From Ignavibacteria bacterium (GTDB lineage Bacteria; Bacteroidota; Ignavibacteria; Kapaibacteriales; Kapaibacteriaceae), in contig VGVV01000001.1 in assembly GCA_016873895.1 (NCBI GenBank), forward strand, positions 287,286 to 351,285: a DNA stretch of 64,000 bases. The letters run 5' to 3'. Positions 27,919-36,682 of this stretch are shown piece after piece (within the stretch, counting starts at the first letter, position 1; each line of letters begins with the position of its first letter). The translations under genes were made by a program, and so were the position numbers. Below the pieces are notes generated by a model that did no database searches, was not told the DNA's origin, and worked only from the letters and a program-made list of their open reading frames with translations.

Positions 27919-30770
27919 ACGAGCGTCTCGGAATGTAGGAGCGTGTTACCTGCTCCATAGAATGTAACGCGGTAGACTCCCCTGGCAAGAGTAGCAGTGT
28001 TCATATGAGCTTCACCTGCATTGAGCAGCGCACGCATCACTTCGCGTCCTGCTATGTCAAGAATTGCGCAACTCACAGCCCCATGATCATCAGCTACCCG
28101 AACATCTGCATTGGTTGGATTAGGATACAACAAGCTACGTATTGGTGATTGTTCACGTACAGATGTCGTTGCGTCGATTGCGTCACGTACCGCTCTGCGA
28201 GCATCGTCTGCAGATGCTCCAGCACCGATGACAACGCGAAACGACAGAGGTTTAGAGGCACTAACTTGTCCTGTTGTGAGCATCCCAACCGAGCCAGCTA
28301 TGTCGCCTATGGCATCTGTCGCAATGCTAGTACCACTTGTTAGCAGGCGAATTCGATCAGCAGGTGTAAACCCGTCACCGTCGTCAACAATATCCTCTAA
28401 AAGCATACATGCGGTCTGAGCAACATATGACGCGTCAGAGCCTACAGCCGCAACACATACGGAGGCCGGAAAGGCGTCACGGCTTACCAGAAATGCCGCA
28501 CTTTGTTGTCCGCGTAGAGATTCGGGAATGCATGTATAATCATGTACAATCCGATTATCAGATCCGCCTGAACCGAGGTCCCAATCAAAGACATATCCCA
28601 GACCAATGTTCTCCAGAACAGCTGCGTCCGTGCTTGGCCGCACCGTAACGTTCCATACTGTAGCGTGTGATGTTTGAGACGGGAAAACGCATTGCTGCTG
28701 CACTTCGATACCAATTGGCTGGAACGAAGCCGAGTCTGCAGCTATACACGTGGATCGATCTGGAAGACGTCCAAAAGGTTTTGATGCAATGAAATCCGAT
28801 GTAAACGGCGGATCGTTTTTGTAGGCCGCAACCGAGACAGTGCCTTGCATTTGTGCAAACATTCCACCCGAGGCAAGCATCGTAAATGTTGGCTTAAAGC
28901 CAAAGCCATCTCCATACTTGGGATCGAAAGGGGCTGAGTACCCAACCATTCCGTCATCAGACATAGAATAGATCAACTTATCGTTTTCAAAACGGTACAT
29001 CGTTGTAGGAGGTGAGATCATTACAACATCTCTGTCATCATACTTCTCACCGCTCATGATTAGACCCAAAACACATTCACCTGTGCCGATAGCATCAACG
29101 ACTATCAAGATTGGCTGCATGGTCTTTACGCTGTTTCGTTGAATCAACCCAACTGTCTGTGCATCGTTAACGATGCGCAAAGACCACCCATTTAGGTCTT
29201 GAGTTATGAGCTGCGTCTCGAGGTTAACATCGGCCAGATAGTTCGTAAGGCGCAACACAAGCTCAATTGTGTCGCCGGCTCTGTACCGGGATTCTTCCGT
29301 ATTTGCCCTGCGAACAGTTGTGCCAGTTACGCGAACTCCAGGACGTTGAAATGGCTCCGTTGTTAGCGCTTTTTCGGCGTTGATTCGACGTGGCCGAAAA
29401 TCACTGATAGTCATATTCACGAATGAGATATCATCGGATGTCTGCCGAATATGCTCGGCTACCTGCTGAGGAGTCAAGGCGGGCCATTTGCCACGTACCA
29501 ATCCTGCCAATCCTGCAGCAATGGGCGATGCAAAGGATGTACCTGCAACCCCAAACGAGGTGTAGCCTGTAGATACGTCCGTGGTATACGCTGAGTAGCC
29601 TGGTGCATAGACGTCTGCATTGACGCCCACACCACTTGTGTTGGTCACACGGTCGTCTACCGTTGTTTCACCGATGCCAAATACGCCGCGATAACCCGAA
29701 GGGAAGTTCACAAGCCGCCATGCAGCGTTTGGCTCATCTTCTCCATGATTCCCGCCTGATGCCACAACGAGAACATTACTTGCAAGGCAATAATCAATAA
29801 CGGACTGATCAATCTGCGAGTATGGTTTAACCACACCCCAACTTGTGTTTACTACGGGCAAACCACGCGATGCACAGTAGATCAGTGATTGATAGCCAAA
29901 CAGAATACCCCCTCCAGAACGCTTTGAGGTTTTCAATGGGAACATCTTACTCTTGTACCCAACTCCGGCTATTCCCTTGCCATTGTTTGTAGCAGCCGCA
30001 GCTAGACCTGCAACTTTTGTTCCGTGTCCGTAGGCTGTAATACTTGTCGTAGAGCCTGGTTTGGTACCATCTAGCTGGTATGCAAAATTGTAGCCGTTGT
30101 AATCATCGATGTAACCGTTGGCATCGTCATCAAGTCCGTTATCGGGAATCTCTTTGTCATTGATGGCAATATTTGGTCCAAGATCTTCATGATCCTGCTG
30201 AATTCCATCATCGCTGATCACAATAGTTACCGTCTCGGAACCTTGATACACTTCCCATGCTTGCTGGGCGCGGATGGTTTGCAAATGATACTGATTCGCA
30301 ATTTCTGGGTCGTTAGGAATGCTGTTTACCTGGGCCACAAACCATGGTTCTGCAATCTCGAAACGATCAGCATACTTGGTGGTCAGAAGCGAAGCCATGT
30401 GAAAGGGGCTTGCAGGTCCAACGTATACAACAATGTATGTGCGGGTTAAGCGCTCCTCGGATGAGTATAAATCGTGTGCAGATGGAGGGCTTGCTTGCGC
30501 TTGTCGGGTTTCAGGATGAAAAAACCGCGTCCGCTCCGGCGCTAACAACTGCTCTACAATGGCGAATCCATTGGGCATCTGTTCTTGTGCGGTTTCTACA
30601 TCTCGGGCGTGGAGCATCCGAACAAAAAGGTGTTGTTGGAGCACTTCGTACGAGCGCCCGTTGTGCCGAACGCTCATGGTAGCTAACTCTGCCTTGGCAT
30701 GCATCCATGGGGCTAGCAGGAGACCTACGAGAAGAAAGTGGACAAGATGAGTGTAAGTACGTTTGTGCAT
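27909..30770 (-). CDS. S8 serine peptidase with T9SS C-terminal domain
   Basis: ISDDGI, GHGTKVAG, ASGGN, GTSFASP; CTD LYPNPTN..LARGVYRV. Start moved to ATG 30770 (MHKRTY signal peptide). Confidence 0.94.
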   Translation of the reverse strand: MHKRTYTHLVHFLLVGLLLAPWMHAKAELATMSVRHNGRSYEVLQQHLFVRMLHARDVETAQEQMPNGFAIVEQLLAPERTRFFHPETRQAQASPPSAHDLYSSEERLTRTYIVVYVGPASPFHMASLLTTKYADRFEIAEPWFVAQVNSIPNDPEIANQYHLQTIRAQQAWEVYQGSETVTIVISDDGIQQDHEDLGPNIAINDKEIPDNGLDDDANGYIDDYNGYNFAYQLDGTKPGSTTSITAYGHGTKVAGLAAAATNNGKGIAGVGYKSKMFPLKTSKRSGGGILFGYQSLIYCASRGLPVVNTSWGVVKPYSQIDQSVIDYCLASNVLVVASGGNHGEDEPNAAWRLVNFPSGYRGVFGIGETTVDDRVTNTSGVGVNADVYAPGYSAYTTDVSTGYTSFGVAGTSFASPIAAGLAGLVRGKWPALTPQQVAEHIRQTSDDISFVNMTISDFRPRRINAEKALTTEPFQRPGVRVTGTTVRRANTEESRYRAGDTIELVLRLTNYLADVNLETQLITQDLNGWSLRIVNDAQTVGLIQRNSVKTMQPILIVVDAIGTGECVLGLIMSGEKYDDRDVVMISPPTTMYRFENDKLIYSMSDDGMVGYSAPFDPKYGDGFGFKPTFTMLASGGMFAQMQGTVSVAAYKNDPPFTSDFIASKPFGRLPDRSTCIAADSASFQPIGIEVQQQCVFPSQTSHATVWNVTVRPSTDAAVLENIGLGYVFDWDLGSGGSDNRIVHDYTCIPESLRGQQSAAFLVSRDAFPASVCVAAVGSDASYVAQTACMLLEDIVDDGDGFTPADRIRLLTSGTSIATDAIGDIAGSVGMLTTGQVSASKPLSFRVVIGAGASADDARRAVRDAIDATTSVREQSPIRSLLYPNPTNADVRVADDHGAVSCAILDIAGREVMRALLNAGEAHMNTATLARGVYRVTFYGAGNTLLHSETLVCN

Positions 30771-30814
30771 GGCAGTTGGTTTTAGCAGATTGCCAGTTCG
30801 CAATGGCAAACCCT

Positions 30815-32497
30815 ATGGCAGAAGAACAACGATATATCGTAACGGCCCGAAAATGGCGTCCACTTCGTTTTGAAGACGTCGTAGGACAGGAGCATATTAC
30901 AACAACGCTGAAAAATGCCATAGCAAAACAGCGTGTCCACCATGCTTATCTGTTCACCGGACCACGCGGAGTCGGAAAAACTACCTGTGCCCGCATCTTG
31001 GCGCGCGCACTGAACTGCACCCAAAGCGTTGATTTTGAGCCATGTAACAGCTGCGCATCATGCACCGATATGCTAGACGGACGCAGTGTTGATATCATCG
31101 AGATCGACGGTGCATCGAACAACTCGGTTGAGGACGTGCGCAAGCTGCGGGATAGTGCCAAGTACGCCCCTGTTATTGGCAAGTACAAGATGTACATCAT
31201 CGACGAAGTACACATGCTGTCAACGTCGGCGTTTAATGCACTACTGAAGACACTTGAAGAGCCCCCTCCACATCTCATTTTCGTATTTGCCACAACAGAG
31301 ATCCACAAAGTTCCAGCAACCATTCTTAGCCGATGTCAGCGATTTGACTTCCGTAGAATGGAGATCGAGACAATCACGGGCCATCTGCGATACATTACAG
31401 CCAAAGAAGGTATCACGATAGACGAAGCATCATTGGTTGCTATCGCAAAGAAGGCAGACGGATCAATGAGAGACTCACAGTCTATCCTTGACCAAGTTGT
31501 TTCGTTTTGCGGAACAACTATTTCGTCGGCAGAAGTAAGTAATGCTCTTCACCTTATCGATACCGATTTCTACTTTGAGTTAAGCACCGCCATTACGCAG
31601 CACGACCTGCCGTCGATGTTCACTCATGCCCGTACAGTGGTGCAGCGCGGATACGACCTACAGGAATGTTTACTGGGCCTGCTCGAGCACTTCCGTAATA
31701 TCCTTACGGTTATCACCACCGGCAACACCGAGCTGATAGAAGCTTCGAGCAGCGATCTAGACCGTTATGCAACAACCGCATCTGAGTTTACCAAAGCTGA
31801 TGTGCTCCGCATCATGACGCTTATCACACAAGGCGAGTCGGTGCTTCGTCATAATCCGCCACAGCCACGCATTCGGTTTGAGTTTACACTGGTTCAACTT
31901 GCATCCATGGACTCCACCGTAGATCTTGGCAACGTGTTGGCCATGCTCAACGCTCCATCGATACCGGCGACGGTTCCGCCGAGAGCTTCCACACAGGTTG
32001 TAGGGGGCGTTGCGATGGCGCAGCCCATTCCGGTGCGACTAGGAACGCCGGTTATCATGAAGACGCAAGAGAAACCCGTTAGCTCCCTTTCGGCTGGCAA
32101 CATTGCAAAGCAGTGGTCGAAGTGGATTGAGTCGCTCCCAGAACATCTAAGCTTTGTGCACAGTGCAGTAAAACAGAGCGTTCTTACTGTAGACATCACA
32201 GACGTTGGGATTGTGTTGCGTCCACAGGCAGAGATTATCTACCATCGCCTCGAAGACAAACTTCAGCAGCTCAAAGAGTATCTCACCGCTACATACGGAA
32301 CGTCTATCGGGGTGAATCTCGTACGGCCACGTCAAAACGGCACATCGCAAGCCCCTTCCCAACCCAACACCCAACAGGGAACATCTGTGGCCGAGAGCAC
32401 GTTTCCCGCAGCTCAGCACAGGGAGACATTGCTCCCGATTGAAGAAACTCTTGTAGAACTTTTTTCGGCGCGACGCGCAGCAGCGCCAAGGAAATAG
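30815..32497 (+). CDS. dnaX: DNA polymerase III subunit gamma/tau
   Basis: ARKWRP..VVGQEH, GPRGVGKTT, zinc motif C..CNSC.SC, EIDGASN, IIDEVHML, TILSRCQRF. Start is ATG 30815 or 30803. Confidence 0.98.
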   Translation: MAEEQRYIVTARKWRPLRFEDVVGQEHITTTLKNAIAKQRVHHAYLFTGPRGVGKTTCARILARALNCTQSVDFEPCNSCASCTDMLDGRSVDIIEIDGASNNSVEDVRKLRDSAKYAPVIGKYKMYIIDEVHMLSTSAFNALLKTLEEPPPHLIFVFATTEIHKVPATILSRCQRFDFRRMEIETITGHLRYITAKEGITIDEASLVAIAKKADGSMRDSQSILDQVVSFCGTTISSAEVSNALHLIDTDFYFELSTAITQHDLPSMFTHARTVVQRGYDLQECLLGLLEHFRNILTVITTGNTELIEASSSDLDRYATTASEFTKADVLRIMTLITQGESVLRHNPPQPRIRFEFTLVQLASMDSTVDLGNVLAMLNAPSIPATVPPRASTQVVGGVAMAQPIPVRLGTPVIMKTQEKPVSSLSAGNIAKQWSKWIESLPEHLSFVHSAVKQSVLTVDITDVGIVLRPQAEIIYHRLEDKLQQLKEYLTATYGTSIGVNLVRPRQNGTSQAPSQPNTQQGTSVAESTFPAAQHRETLLPIEETLVELFSARRAAAPRK

Positions 32498-32498
32498 C

Positions 32499-32975
32499 AT
32501 GGCTCTAGCAGAAGGCAGTAAGGCACCGTCATTCAAGGCATCAACAGACGGCGCTGGCTCGGTATCGCTGGCCTCGTTAAAAGGCTCGTGGGTTGTTCTG
32601 TATTTCTATCCAAAGGATTCAACATCGGGATGCACGGCAGAAGCTTGCGATTTTCGTGATTCGATGTCGCGGCTTACCAAGTTGGGCGCTGCTGTTGTTG
32701 GTGTTAGTCCCGACAGTGTCAAGTCGCATGATAGCTTCAAAATAAAGTACGAGCTAAACTTTCCCCTCCTGGCTGATACAGAGAAACAGATATGTCAGGA
32801 CTACGACGTCTGGAAAGAAAAGTCGATGTACGGTAAAAAGTACATGGGCGTTGAACGTACGACATATATTATCGACCCTAAGGGCAAAATCGTACGGGTG
32901 TACGAGAAGGTCAAGGTACCGGGTCATGTAGATAGTGTTCTTGCCACTCTGAAAGAGTTGCAAGGGTCTTCATGA
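32499..32975 (+). CDS. bcp: Thioredoxin-dependent peroxiredoxin Bcp
   Basis: VLYFYPKDSTSGCTAEACDFRD, ERTTYIID. Confidence 0.96.
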   Translation: MALAEGSKAPSFKASTDGAGSVSLASLKGSWVVLYFYPKDSTSGCTAEACDFRDSMSRLTKLGAAVVGVSPDSVKSHDSFKIKYELNFPLLADTEKQICQDYDVWKEKSMYGKKYMGVERTTYIIDPKGKIVRVYEKVKVPGHVDSVLATLKELQGSS

Positions 32976-34645
32976 TAGACACCCATGCCCATATCGATAC
33001 CGAGGCATTTGATGGAGATCGTGCAGAGGTTCTACAGCGGGCATTCGATTCCGGTGTCGAGGTAATCATTGTTCCAGATATCAAGCCTTCGGCAAGGCCT
33101 AACCTTCGGCAGATTGTAGACGTCACACCAGGACTATTCCGTGGGATCGGCATACACCCTCATCATGCCGGCGAAGTTGATGCCGAGGCACTCGACGTGG
33201 TAGAGGCCGACTGCCAGCAAAGCAAGGTGGTTGCCATTGGAGAAATTGGCTTAGACTACTATTATGACTTCTGCTCTCCTGACGTGCAGAAATTGTACTT
33301 TCGCGAGCAGCTATGCATAGCAAAGCGGCATGATCTTCCAGTAATAGTTCACAATCGTGATGCCGATCAGGACGTGCTGGATATCATCGACCAGGAACAA
33401 GACGGCACTCTTCGTGGCGTTCTGCATTGCTTTTCGAGCGATGTCGCTGTTCTTGATCGAGCCCTTTCACTAGGCATGCATGTATCGTTTACGGGCAACA
33501 TCACGTTTAAGAAGTTCACACTACGCGACGTTGTTGAACGTGTGCCTACAGACAGATTTATGATCGAAACAGACTCACCTTACATGACACCAGTTCCTCA
33601 CAGGGGCAAGCGTAACGAGCCAGCCTTTGTAAGGCTTGTAGCAGAGAAAATTGCGGAGATGCGTTCAATGACATTTGCAGAGATCCAATCAGCTAGCACA
33701 GCTACGGCCAAAAATCTATTTCGCTTAACTCTGTTTCTTGTGCTTGCTACACTAGCACTCGAAGCGCAGCCACGCGTACCAAACGAAGACGATTACGACC
33801 TCGATTCCGAATACGACTATGCTATGGATCAGTATTACGCTGATTCGGCAGCATACGTGCGACTTGTTAAACCGCGCGTCTTCGGCTTCGGCTTTACCAC
33901 AGGCTCTAACACCGTTACAGAACGCAGAACATATCGTCAGCTCTTTTATCGTGGCCGTGGCGAGAATGTTCCCATGAGATGGCGCGATCTTGCGGAAGAC
34001 ACAGTTGCCTCGTTTTCATACCCGTCGCTTTCAACGTTTGGTGCATCTGTTGCCTATCAGCTCACACCACGCTTCCTGCTCGAGGGCACGTACCTGTACA
34101 CAAAGAACGTAGGTGATCGCGCTGACTACAACCTGCCACCGATTGTGACAAACATCGCAGAGCTTTCGGTGTTGTATGCGCTTAACCCTTACAACAAGGT
34201 TAACTTTCTACCACAAACCGGCGTTTCATTCGCGCACACCAACGACGGCATTACGACCACGTCGCGATTTGGTGTTATTGCCGGTATCGGCGCTGGCGTA
34301 GCAATTCCAACGTCCTTCGGCATGTTCTACCCAATGGTGAACGTACGATTCGACTTTATCCTTGGAACGCAGACCGGCATGGTTACATCATCATATCCAG
34401 TGATTGACGCAGAGATCGGTTCGAAGTGGTTTAACCCTAATGGTTTACCACGTGACGAAGCTGTGCGTGCTGCTTTAGCCGACGGACGTATCCAGGAAGA
34501 TCCCGCAAAACCTGGTGAAGGTGTTTACCTGCACAGATATGTAAATCCTGCAACTGGCAAGGCTGTACTTTCTCAAGAGATTGCAGACGTTACTACCATC
34601 TACGCTATACCTCGTCTAACTCTGCTCTATTATCCAAAGTGGTAA
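32972..34645 (+). CDS. TatD-family nuclease fused via an internal signal peptide to an outer-membrane beta-barrel
   Basis: aa1-250 is TatD (IDTHAH, GIHPH, AIGEIGLDY, VHNRDA, VLHCF, IETDSPY, RNEP, TAKNLF). aa251-265 is hydrophobic and ends LEA|Q. aa~300-557 has alternating beta-strands ending PRLTLLYYPKW. Confidence 0.88.
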   Translation: MIDTHAHIDTEAFDGDRAEVLQRAFDSGVEVIIVPDIKPSARPNLRQIVDVTPGLFRGIGIHPHHAGEVDAEALDVVEADCQQSKVVAIGEIGLDYYYDFCSPDVQKLYFREQLCIAKRHDLPVIVHNRDADQDVLDIIDQEQDGTLRGVLHCFSSDVAVLDRALSLGMHVSFTGNITFKKFTLRDVVERVPTDRFMIETDSPYMTPVPHRGKRNEPAFVRLVAEKIAEMRSMTFAEIQSASTATAKNLFRLTLFLVLATLALEAQPRVPNEDDYDLDSEYDYAMDQYYADSAAYVRLVKPRVFGFGFTTGSNTVTERRTYRQLFYRGRGENVPMRWRDLAEDTVASFSYPSLSTFGASVAYQLTPRFLLEGTYLYTKNVGDRADYNLPPIVTNIAELSVLYALNPYNKVNFLPQTGVSFAHTNDGITTTSRFGVIAGIGAGVAIPTSFGMFYPMVNVRFDFILGTQTGMVTSSYPVIDAEIGSKWFNPNGLPRDEAVRAALADGRIQEDPAKPGEGVYLHRYVNPATGKAVLSQEIADVTTIYAIPRLTLLYYPKW

Positions 34646-34646
34646 G

Positions 34647-35267
34647 ATGACCACGATCCTTTCGGGAACAGCTCTTTCGCACGACCTAGCCATTATTAGG
34701 TCCCGCGACACACATGTTGATGTGTTCCGTGCCGCAGTGCATCGAATAGGACTCCACATTGCTGCCGAAACGCTCAAGTATCTGCCTTCCAAGCAGCACC
34801 ACGTTGATACTCCACTTGAGACAACAACTGTTGACGTCATTGATGGCAACGTAGTTGTGGTACCAATTCTTCGTGCAGGCATGGGGCTTCTCGAGCCGTT
34901 TCTTGCATTGTGTCCAGGTGCTAGTGTTGGCTTCATCGGGCTTAAGCGCAACGAGGAAACACTTCAGCCAAATGAGTATTATCGAAATCTTCCACCATCA
35001 GACGCATCTACAACATTCATCGTTATCGATCCAATGCTGGCTACCGGTGGAAGTATGGTGGCTACGCTTGATCTGCTTCGCCCCCTACCGCATCAACGTT
35101 TGCTCGTTGCGTGTTTGATTGGTGCGCCAGAGGGTGTTCATGCCGTGGACGATGCACATCCCGATGCACACATCATTATTGCTGCATTGGACAGAGAGCT
35201 GAATGATGTGGGTTACATCGTGCCCGGACTGGGTGATGCCGGAGACAGACTCTTCGGCACAACATAA
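34647..35267 (+). CDS. upp: Uracil phosphoribosyltransferase
   Basis: VPILRAGMG, IDPMLATGGS, GYIVPGLGDAGDRLFGT. Confidence 0.98.
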   Translation: MTTILSGTALSHDLAIIRSRDTHVDVFRAAVHRIGLHIAAETLKYLPSKQHHVDTPLETTTVDVIDGNVVVVPILRAGMGLLEPFLALCPGASVGFIGLKRNEETLQPNEYYRNLPPSDASTTFIVIDPMLATGGSMVATLDLLRPLPHQRLLVACLIGAPEGVHAVDDAHPDAHIIIAALDRELNDVGYIVPGLGDAGDRLFGTT

Positions 35268-35317
35268 CTCGGCTGGCCTCGTCAGATAGCAACGCACGTT
35301 TCTATTACGAGGCTATC

Positions 35318-35521
35318 ATGAAGATCTTTCACTTTGGCGACCATGATGTTGCACGCACAGATATCATCAATGCGAACATTTCAAGCAGCTATGCCGATAC
35401 GTTTCTCTTCGTAGACATTGAGTTGCAGTGTGAGGCTACGATTAGTCTCAATCAGGAAGACTCATTGATCTTTATGGAAGACTTTATGCAACAAGTGCGA
35501 GCAAAAAGCACTACGCACTAA
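35318..35521 (+). CDS. Small hypothetical protein (67 aa)
   Basis: Fills the upp/aminotransferase gap; GAGG 5 nt upstream of ATG; protein-like acidic composition. Confidence 0.5.
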   Translation: MKIFHFGDHDVARTDIINANISSSYADTFLFVDIELQCEATISLNQEDSLIFMEDFMQQVRAKSTTH

Positions 35522-36677
35522 TGCCGTTGTCGAGATATTCTTGGACAGCGCCAACTAGTGCCCGAATATCCGACTCTGAGGTGTGCGCATGGACACTGAA
35601 GCGCAGGATGGGAGCATCCAACCAACGATGCACCACAACTTCGATACAGCGCTCATCATATAACCATGTCTTCATGGCATCAGTATCTGTATTGTCTGGC
35701 AGCATTACTGTGCCAAGCTGCAGCAGCGGGTCTTGTCCTGCCACAGAAATCGAACGCACGCCACCAATACTGCAAAGCATCTTAACGCCCTGCTGAGTTA
35801 ACTCGCGGCACCTATTCTGCACAGACTCCCAGCTATTGCGCCGCATCCATTCAATAGCATAGGGAACTGTGAGAAAGGGGCTATGGTCGCGTGTGCCCAG
35901 AAATTCTTGCTCATCAACGAAGTAGCCATCCTTCGTTGTAGGAATATCCGACCCCCAGCTTACTACGAGTGGCTTCATTCGCTCTAGCCACTGATCACGC
36001 GCCCATAGGAACGCACTTCCTTTGGGTGTACACATCCACTTATGGCAGTTAGCTGTATAGATATCGCAACCAAGTGTTGAGAGGTCAAGTGGTATGTGCC
36101 CAGGCGAGTGCGAGCCATCAACAATTGTAATGATGTCATTCTCGCGTGCACGCTTGCACAGTTCTGCAACAGGAAGCTGCACACCTGTTGGTGAAGTGAT
36201 GTGACTCAGGAAGAGTACGCGCGTCTTCGGTGTAACACCAGACCAAAGAAGCTCGAGCAGATCAGAAGAGTTTGGCACCGGAATAGGGATGTGCTGCTGT
36301 ACATAAATCGCACCCTTGCTCACAGCATGAGCGTTCCATGCACGATTACAAGCCCCATACTCATGATCGTTAGAGAGGATTTCATCACCTGGCTGCAGCA
36401 GTTGGGCGATTGCATGTGCTGCAACATTGACGCCAAATGTTGAATTGGTAATGTACACGAGATTTGATGCCTTGGTGCCAACATAATCTGCCAACACTGT
36501 GCGTGCCTTCTGCATCTGGTGCATAAGCTCACGGAAGTACAATACTGGCTGTTGTTCTAGTTGCTCAATCCATCTGCGTTGCTCTTGGAGAAGCTCTTTA
36601 GGACAGGCACCAAACGACCCGTGGTTCAAGAATGTTATGTCTTCACGTAGGAGATAGTCTTGACGTGTAATCACCAC
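35511..36677 (-). CDS. PLP-dependent class-V aminotransferase fold (isopenicillin-N epimerase / Egt2-like C-S lyase family)
   Basis: FLNHGSFGACP, SHITSPTG, VDGSH, ANCHKWMCTPKG (PLP Lys), GTRD. Confidence 0.88.
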   Translation of the reverse strand: MVITRQDYLLREDITFLNHGSFGACPKELLQEQRRWIEQLEQQPVLYFRELMHQMQKARTVLADYVGTKASNLVYITNSTFGVNVAAHAIAQLLQPGDEILSNDHEYGACNRAWNAHAVSKGAIYVQQHIPIPVPNSSDLLELLWSGVTPKTRVLFLSHITSPTGVQLPVAELCKRARENDIITIVDGSHSPGHIPLDLSTLGCDIYTANCHKWMCTPKGSAFLWARDQWLERMKPLVVSWGSDIPTTKDGYFVDEQEFLGTRDHSPFLTVPYAIEWMRRNSWESVQNRCRELTQQGVKMLCSIGGVRSISVAGQDPLLQLGTVMLPDNTDTDAMKTWLYDERCIEVVVHRWLDAPILRFSVHAHTSESDIRALVGAVQEYLDNGISA

Positions 36678-36682
36678 GAACC

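Noticed and set aside
30815-32497. Programmed frameshift or slippage in dnaX producing gamma
   Set aside because: I found no A AAA AAG or A9 tract in the linker region by eye
35511-36677. Beta-lactam biosynthesis suggested by an isopenicillin-N-epimerase-like gene
   Set aside because: No ACV synthetase or IPNS nearby; the family is widespread and includes C-S lyases
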